64,000 bases of DNA from Candidatus Methanosuratincola verstraetei. GTDB lineage: Archaea; Thermoproteota; Methanomethylicia; Methanomethylicales; Methanomethylicaceae. Under the pieces are notes generated by a model. It did not search any database and was not told the DNA's origin. It was given only the letters and a program-made list of their open reading frames with translations. The stretch is from contig CP186953.1 in the NCBI GenBank assembly GCA_049570475.1, positions 1,152,001 to 1,216,000 of the forward strand. The letters run 5' to 3'. The position numbers were made by a program, and so were the translations under genes. Position 1 is the first letter of the stretch, and every line of letters begins with the position of its first letter. Of this stretch, positions 10,101 to 17,643 are shown piece after piece.

Positions 10101-13100
10101 CAACGCCTCGCCGGTGCAGCCCAGGTTCAACCTCAGCGGTCGCGTATTGCAATCCCCGCAGATGACCCCGATAAGCGGATTCACGGTCTGGCTCTACGCG
10201 GGGGATCGCAGCGAAGGGCTGACAATAGACGACTTCCCAATCGTGCGCACGACCACCAACTCAACCGGCCATTACCTGTTCACAAACCTGACTCCGGGCA
10301 CTTACACCGCTATAGCCGTCATACCTTACAACTGGGAGCCAGTCAGCCCGAGGTTCAGGGTCGGGACAATCGTCAACGACTCGATAACCGTCCCGGACAT
10401 GCTGGTGAAGAGCAGGAGCTCGGACAAATACACTGTTAGCGGCTACGTCTACAACGACACCGACCGGAACGGGATCTACGACCCTGTCGGCGATAAAGGT
10501 CTCTACGGCTGGGAGGTCTTCATACTCGACAGCGCGGGGTTCCCGGTGGGCGCCGGAAGAGCCACGACCAACTCAACCGGATACTACTACTTCGCCAACA
10601 TCTGGTCCGGAGATTACACAGTGTACATCAGAATGCAGCCCGGGTATGCAAACAGCACCCCGAGGGCGCAGAACATAACAGTCAAAAACGCAAACGTCCC
10701 CAACGTCAACTTCCTCGTGTACCGAATCGCCTCGCCCCCAACGTACTACATAATGGCTAGCGTCTTCAACGACACCAACGGCAACTCGAGGTACGACGCC
10801 GGAGAGGGCCTATCCGGATGGGGGGTTTGGGTATACAGCGGTGTCTACACCGGCGGGGTGGCCTACCCGATCCGGGTGGCTACAACCGCCTCTTCTGGGA
10901 ACGTAACCTTCGCAAACCTGCCGGAGGGCACCTACACTGTCGTCCAGCTCCCGTTGGCAAACTGGACGAATGTGACCCCTAGAAGTGTTGTTGTCACGCT
11001 AACCCAGAACACCAACGTCTCATTCATTGTCCGCCCGGTCTCTGGGCAGCCCACATACTACCTCAGCGGCATGGTCTTCAGGGACTATGACCGGGACGGG
11101 GACTACACCAACCCGCCCGACTCCCCGCTTGCCTGGACCGTATACATCAACGACGGGAGCGGGCTTCCGTTCGCCGCATACAACACCTCATCAGCAAACG
11201 GGGCATTCAACTTCTCGGGTCTAGTCGCTGGCACCTACACAGTATACGTCGCGAACCAAACAGGGTACGCCAACAGCACCCCTGCATCTTTGACAGTCGC
11301 CCTTTCATCTAACACTGAGGGACTGAAATTCGGGATTTACCAGTTATCGCAGACCCCAACAATGGCGATCAGCGGTCGCGTCTTCAACGACACCAACCGC
11401 AACGGTTCATACGAGACAGGGACGGAATCCCCCGTCGCAGGTTGGAAGGTCCTCCTCTACATCGGCAACTACTCGATAACTTCAACCCCCACATACACTG
11501 CGATCACCAACGCCTCTGGCTGGTTCCAGTTCACTGGCCTGTCGTTCCGGAACTACACCCTTGTGTTGTCGATGGAGCCAGGCTACACCAACAGCACCCC
11601 GCGGGTGTATTACATAATCAACGACTCTGCCCAAGTGCTGATGGGCGTCTACCCTATCCCGCCCCAGCAACTCTACTCCATCAGCGGCTACGTCTACAAC
11701 GACACCGACCGGAACGGGATCTTCGCCCAGGGGATCGAGCCAGGGATCGCGGACTGGACTGTCTACCTCAACGATGCCTTGGGACTCCCCGCCTACGTGA
11801 CCCGCACCAACGGAAGCGGCTACTACTCCTTCCTCGGGCTGCCTCCAGGGCCCTATACTGTTTACCTCAACAACTCGATCTCGTATTGGGCAAACAGCAC
11901 CCCGAGGAGGGTCTCTCTTGAGATCACTTCGAATTCTGTATCGCTAGACTTCGGCTTCTACAAGACTGATGCCAAGGCGGTCTATTCGATAACCGGATTC
12001 GTATTCAACGATCAGGACCGGAGCGGGTCTTTCAATGAGGGCGACTCCCCGATCGAGGGCTGGTCCGTGATGCTCTACGACTCTGGGGGCAACCTGCTCA
12101 ACACTAGCGTGACAGGCAGCGGCGGCGTCTTCTCGTTCACCAACCTGAATAACGGCAGCTATACGATCGTAGAGGTGCTGCCGATAAACTGGGTCAACTC
12201 AACCCCAAGGGTGATGCCGATCACGATAGCAGGCACATCCATTTCAGGGATAAGCATAGGGAACTACTACAACGTCTCAGCTCCAGTGACCTTCACGATC
12301 AGCGGCATAGTCTTCAACGACACCAACCGCAACGGCATATACGACACTGGATCTGAGAGCCCACTCCAGGGCTGGTCTGTGATCTTCAGGCCGCCTGAGG
12401 GCGGCATAGTCCAGGCAGTCACCGACTCGGGAGGCAGGTACGTCTTCTACACGATGCCGCCGGGCGAATACACCCTCGAGCTGATAACAAAGGAAGGCTG
12501 GACCAACACGACCGCCTCGAGGATAACCGTGAACGTCACCGATAGGGACTCGACTAACAACAACTTCGGCGTGAGGTACAACCGGTTCAACGTGACCGGC
12601 TTCGTCTTCTTCGACCCGAACCAGAACGGCTTTGACTCCGCGGACTACTACCTCGCCGGCTGGGCAGTCACACTCACGGGATCAGGGGGCAACTTCACCA
12701 CCGTGACCAACCAGTCTGGGGCATTCGCGTTCACCAATGTCCCAGGCGGGAACTATACGCTCGCCGCCGCGGTACCCCAGGGATGGTCCAACACTACTGC
12801 TTCGTCCTCGAAGATAGACCTCCAGTCGAGCGTCTCCGGACAGTCGTTCGGCTTCAAGAGGAGCTTCTTCGCCGGACTCTACATAACTTACACCAGGCAG
12901 CAGTGGGGCACGGAGCCGACCCTCACAGCCGGGAACTTCAGCGCTGCCTACCCATCCGGGTTCGCGGAGATCGGGCGCCCCGGGACGGCCGACAACTACT
13001 CGATAATCTGGTCGAACGTAACGACAATGAGATCCTACTTGGTTAATACATACCCCGTTAGCCAACTCGCAGCCGACTACATCGATCCGGCAACCTACCC

Positions 13101-13404
13101 AGGGGGTCAGTTCGGAGCCAACGTCCTGGCACTAGAGCTCAACGTCAGGTTCAGCGAGAGGTCCATAAGCATCTTCCCTCTAGGCTTCGGCAGCCTGAGG
13201 GTCTATAACTACAGCGCGTCGGTAAACGGGATGAGCGTTGCCGAGGTACTCAGCATTGCGAACCAGGTCTTAGGAGGGGCAGAGATCTCCTCCCTCCTGC
13301 CCGGATTCACAATCGACGGGCTGAACAGCCTGTTGACGCAGCTCAACTCTGCCTTCAGATACGGATCCTCAGACACAACTTGGGCCAGCCAGCACCTCTT
13401 CTGA
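7120..13404 (+). CDS. Giant pilin-like adhesin (~2100 aa): class III signal, pilin domain, 17 SdrD-B/Cna-B-like repeats and a unique C-terminal domain
   Basis: RG|VSVIVTTILLIGIAV signal; recurrent SISGxV(F/Y)NDTDxNG...GWxV...GxYxF..L.PG.YTV...GW.NTT...(D/N)FG units; likely start TTG 7120 after AGGTG (alternative ATG 7093). Confidence 0.85.
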   Translation: MPSSRGVSVIVTTILLIGIAVSTAFVLYSSIPPFSLPEDSAGKIMERLDVVKVDVIKVSESNYNCTLFILNSGSVNATVNALYVETVYRTLISAPHVDWESYGPMSPGDIINVSFSIDKKYLGTPVLFSIVTKSGFKTWSTYLLPTAEESGGSSGPSEGIITKYSISGIVFEDRDRDGVYNGSVDVPFSFEGYFVEISFGNGSRIPAYIDQYGKYSYGGLDKGYYTVTAPRLSLPGGVLMTNTTPSELVVMIKSSSKSDVDFGWFFETPVPRYRVSGIVFNDTNFDGVRDPDAGELGLQDWYVSVRAVGGPMYATRTAADGSYFFDLLPGTYEVSVILRAGWTNTTSWSMPVVVNGSAVSGLDFGVKFIGFPPPTALSISGRVYNDTDRNGFFIPPGDLPLEGWDVVYSRLGGPMYLADPTDSGGVYTIADLTPGTYAVEQILREGWVNTTSLLKVVSVSSSPVSNVDFGNFYVGTGGGQVQLSISGRVYNDTDSNGAFDPYVDLPMPGWQVILLDSNNLPVYTYLTGAQGLFSFSGLAPGTYNLTIVRQSGWINTTPVWYSVVISDTPVWRDFGLHKSGAPVTFTVYGTIFQDSDSDGYYDPLSDEPLEGWTVLLYEGIYDGSGSPARFAVTGADGFYSFGSLNAGSNYTIIAALELGYTNSTPRLQYVVNSSASFNFGFVSTALPWNYSISGLVFNDTDANGIRNAYDPPMADWQVMVSDASTGIPVQVVASGGDGAFTAFGLGPGNYLVSLLLKDRWVSTTMPAAVAITSSSVSGIKLGASYVPPSPTYVVSGIVFNDTDGDGVLEEGDLGLQGWSVWLYNGTYNSTATPWKKSTTLETGEFYFSGVPNGTYTVLAILQPGWTNTTARYCTVTVAGGHSSEIRFGASAVATAQYYSISGYVYNDTDRNGAKEFYDPGLSGWELFLLDYDGFPIGYNTTVAGGSYQFASLPEGVYTVFVRILQGYSNSTPSVRAATLSGGPVEDLNFGVYPLNASPVQPRFNLSGRVLQSPQMTPISGFTVWLYAGDRSEGLTIDDFPIVRTTTNSTGHYLFTNLTPGTYTAIAVIPYNWEPVSPRFRVGTIVNDSITVPDMLVKSRSSDKYTVSGYVYNDTDRNGIYDPVGDKGLYGWEVFILDSAGFPVGAGRATTNSTGYYYFANIWSGDYTVYIRMQPGYANSTPRAQNITVKNANVPNVNFLVYRIASPPTYYIMASVFNDTNGNSRYDAGEGLSGWGVWVYSGVYTGGVAYPIRVATTASSGNVTFANLPEGTYTVVQLPLANWTNVTPRSVVVTLTQNTNVSFIVRPVSGQPTYYLSGMVFRDYDRDGDYTNPPDSPLAWTVYINDGSGLPFAAYNTSSANGAFNFSGLVAGTYTVYVANQTGYANSTPASLTVALSSNTEGLKFGIYQLSQTPTMAISGRVFNDTNRNGSYETGTESPVAGWKVLLYIGNYSITSTPTYTAITNASGWFQFTGLSFRNYTLVLSMEPGYTNSTPRVYYIINDSAQVLMGVYPIPPQQLYSISGYVYNDTDRNGIFAQGIEPGIADWTVYLNDALGLPAYVTRTNGSGYYSFLGLPPGPYTVYLNNSISYWANSTPRRVSLEITSNSVSLDFGFYKTDAKAVYSITGFVFNDQDRSGSFNEGDSPIEGWSVMLYDSGGNLLNTSVTGSGGVFSFTNLNNGSYTIVEVLPINWVNSTPRVMPITIAGTSISGISIGNYYNVSAPVTFTISGIVFNDTNRNGIYDTGSESPLQGWSVIFRPPEGGIVQAVTDSGGRYVFYTMPPGEYTLELITKEGWTNTTASRITVNVTDRDSTNNNFGVRYNRFNVTGFVFFDPNQNGFDSADYYLAGWAVTLTGSGGNFTTVTNQSGAFAFTNVPGGNYTLAAAVPQGWSNTTASSSKIDLQSSVSGQSFGFKRSFFAGLYITYTRQQWGTEPTLTAGNFSAAYPSGFAEIGRPGTADNYSIIWSNVTTMRSYLVNTYPVSQLAADYIDPATYPGGQFGANVLALELNVRFSERSISIFPLGFGSLRVYNYSASVNGMSVAEVLSIANQVLGGAEISSLLPGFTIDGLNSLLTQLNSAFRYGSSDTTWASQHLF
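7610..12860 (+). repeat. 17 tandem ~100-aa Ig-like (SdrD_B-type) repeats, some sharing exact 26-40 nt DNA segments
   Basis: Counted 17 repeat starts in the translation (unit 9 lacks the DxDxNG loop); agcggctacgtctacaacgacaccgaccggaacggg occurs at 9820, 10438 and 11683. Confidence 0.85.
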
Positions 13405-13579
13405 TCAAGGATTCGCTCCTTCTCTCTCTTTTTTCTATTCAAACGCCTGTCTTGAATCGGTTCCAATTTCTTATCCAAATGACTCGGCAATATGCTTCAA
13501 ATGAGATGCCAATCGCAAATGCGCAGCCCCTGCCCAGATGGGCGTTGATTGAACCTGCGGTCGTCGCGGATGAGCTGCC

Positions 13580-14149
13580 CTATGACTTGCAGATTCCCGC
13601 GAAATTCTTGAGTATCTGTTTCCCCACCGGGGTCTCAGCCACCTCCGGGTGGAACTGGACGCCGTAGACCTCCCTGCCTTCAGCCCTGAGGGCCTCGACC
13701 CCGCAGTAGTCGCTCTCGGCGAGCACCGAAAACCTCTCGTTCCCGGTCCTCCTCACCTCGTCGTTGTGTGATGCCCAAGCGACGAACTCCCTCCCTACCC
13801 CGGCAAGGATCTCGTCCTCCTCCAAGACCCTGATCACCGTCCTCCCGTACTCCGGCTTCCTGCCCTTCACCACCTCCCCCCCGAGCAGCTTCCCGATCAG
13901 CTGGTGCGAGAGGCATATCCCAAGCACCGGGAACGGGGCCCGCTCCACGATCTCCGGGAGCGACCCGAACCTCGCCATCCCGTCGTTCACGCTGTAAGGC
14001 CCCCCTCCCATGACCAGCCCGTCCGCCCCCTTCAGCCCATCGAGCCCGACATTCGGCATGACGAGCCTGCTCGACACCCCGAGCTCCTTGAGCGCCCTGA
14101 CTATCAGGTGGTTGTACTGCCCGCCGAGGAAGACCACGGGGATCTCCAT
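13580..14149 (-). CDS. guaAA: GMP synthase glutaminase subunit A
   Basis: GGQYNHLI, PVLGICLSHQ (catalytic Cys), YGVQFHPEV; start ATG 14149. Confidence 0.93.
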   Translation of the reverse strand: MEIPVVFLGGQYNHLIVRALKELGVSSRLVMPNVGLDGLKGADGLVMGGGPYSVNDGMARFGSLPEIVERAPFPVLGICLSHQLIGKLLGGEVVKGRKPEYGRTVIRVLEEDEILAGVGREFVAWASHNDEVRRTGNERFSVLAESDYCGVEALRAEGREVYGVQFHPEVAETPVGKQILKNFAGICKS

Positions 14150-14245
14150 CCGACCATCGACCTGCCGCAAGGCTCCTTGCACAGAACAAAAGGAAGGTGG
14201 AAGGATAAATAGCATGTGGTGGCGCTGTGCGGTCTATCGGCGCCC

Positions 14246-15436
14246 TCACTCGAACTCCACAGTCGCCGGAGGCTTCGACGTGATGTCGTAGCAGACCAAC
14301 CCGACGCGGGGGTCCTCCATCACCCTCGACGCGATCCTCCTCAGCACTTCCCGCGGGACTGGCGTCGGCTTCACCGTCATGAAGTCCCTCGTCTCGACCG
14401 CCCTCACTATCACGGCGTAGCCGCCTGCCCCTCTTTTCCTCCCGTCCACTGCTAGGAGCACCCTGACGACCCCCCAGTCCTCGTGGATCACCTTCTCCAC
14501 GATGCCCAGGAGATCCGCCGGTTCTGCCTGCTCCCCCGGCTCCACGACGACCATCCTCCCGTAAGCCCTCTCGTCGCCCTTCACGCCTGTCGCTCGTGCC
14601 CCGAGGTACCAAGCCCTCCCGTTTGGCCCGACCGCCGACCTCGCCATCCTCGAGTCAGCCTCCCTCCGGTCGTCCTCCGCCACCGCGGCGAAGTACTGCT
14701 TCGGGGGCGGATCCAGCCTCGAGAGCTCCCCCTCCACGACCGCGGTCGCCTTCCTGAGGACCTCCATCTTCTCCTCGGTGACCTCCCCGATGCACCTGAC
14801 CATGAGCCCGGGCCCGGGGAAGGGCTGCCTCTGCGACGCGTCAAGCCTCACGCCCAGGTGGACCGCCAGCCTCCTCACCTGGTCCTTGTAGAGTTCCAGG
14901 AGCGGCTCGAGGAGCCTGAACCCGAACGAAGTTTTAGTGTCCACGCCGAGCTGCTCGAGGACGTTGTGCTGAGTCTTTATCCCGCCCGCGGTCTCGATCC
15001 AGTCCGGCGCTATCGTCCCCTGGATGAGCACGTCGCACCCCTCGGCTTTAGCCGCCTCGCCGAGCACCGTGTAGAAAGTCTCCCTGAATGCGATCCGCTT
15101 GGCTTCCGCGTCCGACTTGCCCTTGAGCGCCGCCATGAACCTGTCGCTGACAGAGAGGATCCTGAGCGGGAGCCCCAGCGAGGTGAGTATCCCCTTGACC
15201 TCCTCGACCTCCCCCTCCCTCATGAAGCCCGTGTCGAGGAAGAAGCAGACGAGCCTCTCCCCGAGCGCGCGGTGCGCCAGAGCAGCGCAGACCGTGCTGT
15301 CGACCCCGCCCGAGGTCGCTATCGCAGCCTTGCCGTCGCCTACGAACCTCCTGATCTCGGCGACCTTCTCTTCCGTGAATCTTGCAGGGTCAAAAGCCTC
15401 AACCGCTCCAGGATCAGAAATCTTGCAAACCCCCAA
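14246..15436 (-). CDS. guaAB: GMP synthase ATP-pyrophosphatase subunit B
   Basis: SGGVDS PP-loop, QGTIAPDWIE, IKTQHNV, RQPFPGPGL, YDITSKPPATVEFE. Confidence 0.95.
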   Translation of the reverse strand: MGVCKISDPGAVEAFDPARFTEEKVAEIRRFVGDGKAAIATSGGVDSTVCAALAHRALGERLVCFFLDTGFMREGEVEEVKGILTSLGLPLRILSVSDRFMAALKGKSDAEAKRIAFRETFYTVLGEAAKAEGCDVLIQGTIAPDWIETAGGIKTQHNVLEQLGVDTKTSFGFRLLEPLLELYKDQVRRLAVHLGVRLDASQRQPFPGPGLMVRCIGEVTEEKMEVLRKATAVVEGELSRLDPPPKQYFAAVAEDDRREADSRMARSAVGPNGRAWYLGARATGVKGDERAYGRMVVVEPGEQAEPADLLGIVEKVIHEDWGVVRVLLAVDGRKRGAGGYAVIVRAVETRDFMTVKPTPVPREVLRRIASRVMEDPRVGLVCYDITSKPPATVEFE

Positions 15437-15493
15437 CAGCGCTCTCTACGGCAAGGTTAATCTTAAAGTTAGTGCAGACCCGATCAGCGGTAG

Positions 15494-16063
15494 GTGCGCT
15501 TCATGCTCAACAGGGTCAGGAACGCCGTCTCGAGGGTATTGAGACCGCTGGCCTCCGCGCTGGCGAGGTCGCGGGTGCCGCCTAACGCCATCACTCTCCT
15601 GGGCTTCCTCGTCTCGCTCGTGGCTGCCTATGCCTTCTACCGGTCTGTGCCTGTGCTTGGCGGGGTCGTGCTGCTGATCTCCGGGTTCTTCGACATCATC
15701 GACGGCGCCGTCGCCCGAGCCTCCGGGAGGGTCACCAAGTGGGGAGGCGTCCTGGACTCGACCCTGGACCGGTACTCAGACCTTGCAGTACTCGGAGCGA
15801 TCGCCATCTCCGGCCTCTGCAACCCGATCGCGGGAATGGCAGCCATGATCGGGTCCGTCATGGTCAGCTACGTGAGGGCGAGGGGAGAGGTCGAGCAGGT
15901 CAGGATGTCCGCCGTCGGTCTGATGGAGCGGGCCGAGAGGATGGTGCTGGTGGCAGCAACCGCGATCCTCGGGATCCTCGACATCGGGATCCTTGTCCTC
16001 GCGCTGCTCACGAACATGACCGTCCTGCAGCGGCTCTACCACATCTGGAGGTCCCTCTCCTAG
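15494..16063 (+). CDS. pgsA: CDP-alcohol phosphatidyltransferase (archaetidylinositol phosphate synthase-like)
   Basis: PNAIT, DIIDGAVARASGRVTKWGGVLDSTLDRYSD, SYVRARGE, GLMERAER. Confidence 0.9.
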   Translation: MRFMLNRVRNAVSRVLRPLASALARSRVPPNAITLLGFLVSLVAAYAFYRSVPVLGGVVLLISGFFDIIDGAVARASGRVTKWGGVLDSTLDRYSDLAVLGAIAISGLCNPIAGMAAMIGSVMVSYVRARGEVEQVRMSAVGLMERAERMVLVAATAILGILDIGILVLALLTNMTVLQRLYHIWRSLS

Positions 16064-16217
16064 CCTTTTCGCTTTACTTGCAGAGCCCGCGGCTTTCCCA
16101 GGCGCGGCGCCCAGAGCCTCCACCTCCAGCCACCCTTCCCCCCATCCATCCAACCAGCCGATCTACAAAACGGACAATTCGCAAAAACGGCTGGTCTGAG
16201 ATTGCTCCCAAGACCGA

Positions 16218-16544
16218 TCAGCCCGGCGGGGATAGGCGCCTGGCAGTCTCCTTCAGGAGATCCACCCCCCTCCGGAACGTCTCGATCCCCTTCTCGGTCG
16301 GGCGGTAGTACCTGCGTGCGACCTTCTTCCCCGCCGATTCCTCTTTGCAGCTGGAGAGCAGCCCCTCCCGCTCCATCGCATACAGGACGACGTAGACCGT
16401 TATAGTTGCAGGCTCGAACCCGAACTCCTCCGAGATCCTCTCCCTTATCTCATACGCGTACATCGGGCGGTCCATCAGCAGGCGCATCACGTAGAGCCAG
16501 AGGTTCTCCCTCGTTATCTTCTCAACCAGCCTCTCATAGGCCAT
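16218..16544 (-). CDS. PadR-family winged-helix transcriptional regulator
   Basis: PMYAYEIRERI...TVYVVLYAMEREGLL...RRYYRPTEKG. Confidence 0.88.
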   Translation of the reverse strand: MAYERLVEKITRENLWLYVMRLLMDRPMYAYEIRERISEEFGFEPATITVYVVLYAMEREGLLSSCKEESAGKKVARRYYRPTEKGIETFRRGVDLLKETARRLSPPG

Positions 16545-16604
16545 CGCGATCAGTACCCCCCGGTCCCGCGCGCATCCTGTTCACAATCCCCTGCCGCAGG
16601 ACCA

Positions 16605-17180
16605 TCAGGGCACCATCCCCCTCACGATCGTTATGCAGTGGCTCGCGAGGTACGGATGCGGGCCTAGGCTCACCCTCTTCGCGCCCATTGAGTCGAGGCA
16701 GCGCTCACCCTTGGGGTCTATGCCCTTCTGGTCGCCCAGCACGAAAGCCGCCTTTTCGCCGAACTCCGACTTAGAAAAGTCCTCTCCATCCTCGTGCAAG
16801 TAATACAGGGAGAAACCTTCCCTGGAGTGCCTCCTCACGGCCTGCCCGAAATCCTCCCTGGTCGCGGAGACGCCGCGCGGGGCCCTGCCCGCCATCGCAG
16901 CCACCAGCATCTCCGCCGCCTCCACCTCTCCCTCGGGCGCCCGATCCATGCCTGCGCCGTCGAACTCTACGCTCAGCGGCGGATCGGGGGGCCCCTCGAG
17001 GACCACGGTGATCCTGCAGCCCCTGTCAATCCCGTCCGGTTCTGGCGATAGGAGCGCGGCAATTATGCACCTGCAGACCAGGTCCATCCTCCCCCCGCTC
17101 CCAGCCAGCGACTTGATGGAAAAGTCAGGGGCAGTGCGCCCCTCCGAAGCCTTCAGTATAAAAGACCTGAGCAAAATCAA
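16605..17180 (-). CDS. trmY: tRNA (pseudouridine54-N1)-methyltransferase (SPOUT)
   Basis: GSGGRMDLVCRCI, YYLHEDG, FVLGDQKG, VSLGPHPYLASHCITIV. Confidence 0.9.
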   Translation of the reverse strand: MILLRSFILKASEGRTAPDFSIKSLAGSGGRMDLVCRCIIAALLSPEPDGIDRGCRITVVLEGPPDPPLSVEFDGAGMDRAPEGEVEAAEMLVAAMAGRAPRGVSATREDFGQAVRRHSREGFSLYYLHEDGEDFSKSEFGEKAAFVLGDQKGIDPKGERCLDSMGAKRVSLGPHPYLASHCITIVRGMVP

Positions 17181-17192
17181 GGAACGGCGCCC

Positions 17193-17480
17193 CTAGCTAA
17201 GGGACTCCGCATGCCTCCTCTCGTCCTTCGCGCGGACCTTGACGACGCGCTTGCTGATCGCGCACTTGACGCAGTAGTTCTTCGTGACTACCCTCCTGTA
17301 TATCTGCGCCCCCTGCTTCATTAGGTCCTTCGCGAGCTGCGGCTCCAGCAGCGAGACCGGCTTCGTCACCTTTATGACCTTGTCCCTGGGGATCCACGCC
17401 CCGCAGAGGTCGCACTGGACCCTCGACGACTTGCCCTTGTCACCCTTGCTACGCCCTCGGCTCTTCCGCTTCTTCGGCAA
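17193..17480 (-). CDS. rps26e: 30S ribosomal protein S26e
   Basis: PKKRKSRGRSKG...QCDLCGAWIPRDK...YCVKCAI...VKVR; GGAGG SD; TTTTTATAA promoter at ~17529-17537. Confidence 0.95.
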   Translation of the reverse strand: MPKKRKSRGRSKGDKGKSSRVQCDLCGAWIPRDKVIKVTKPVSLLEPQLAKDLMKQGAQIYRRVVTKNYCVKCAISKRVVKVRAKDERRHAESLS

Positions 17481-17643
17481 TTCAAGTCCTCCATTATGGT
17501 TTGCTTGGTCAGTAATCGACGGTTCTGCTTATAAAAATGTCGCATGCTTCTGCCGCCAAACCCCTCTCCCGGGCGCGCAGGGAAAGGTTATTTCTGACCG
17601 CAGACCAAATAACTCCTGAATCGCTGGTTCAGGTGGCTATGAA

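Noticed and set aside
8247-11720. 33-40 nt direct repeats as a CRISPR array
   Set aside because: They are in-frame parts of protein repeats, spaced hundreds of nt apart, with no cas genes.
14483-15460. Long antisense and alternate-frame ORFs (also 19423-20460, 31269-32318, 48808-49773 and many more)
   Set aside because: Shadow ORFs of well-supported genes in GC-rich DNA, with no recognisable motifs.
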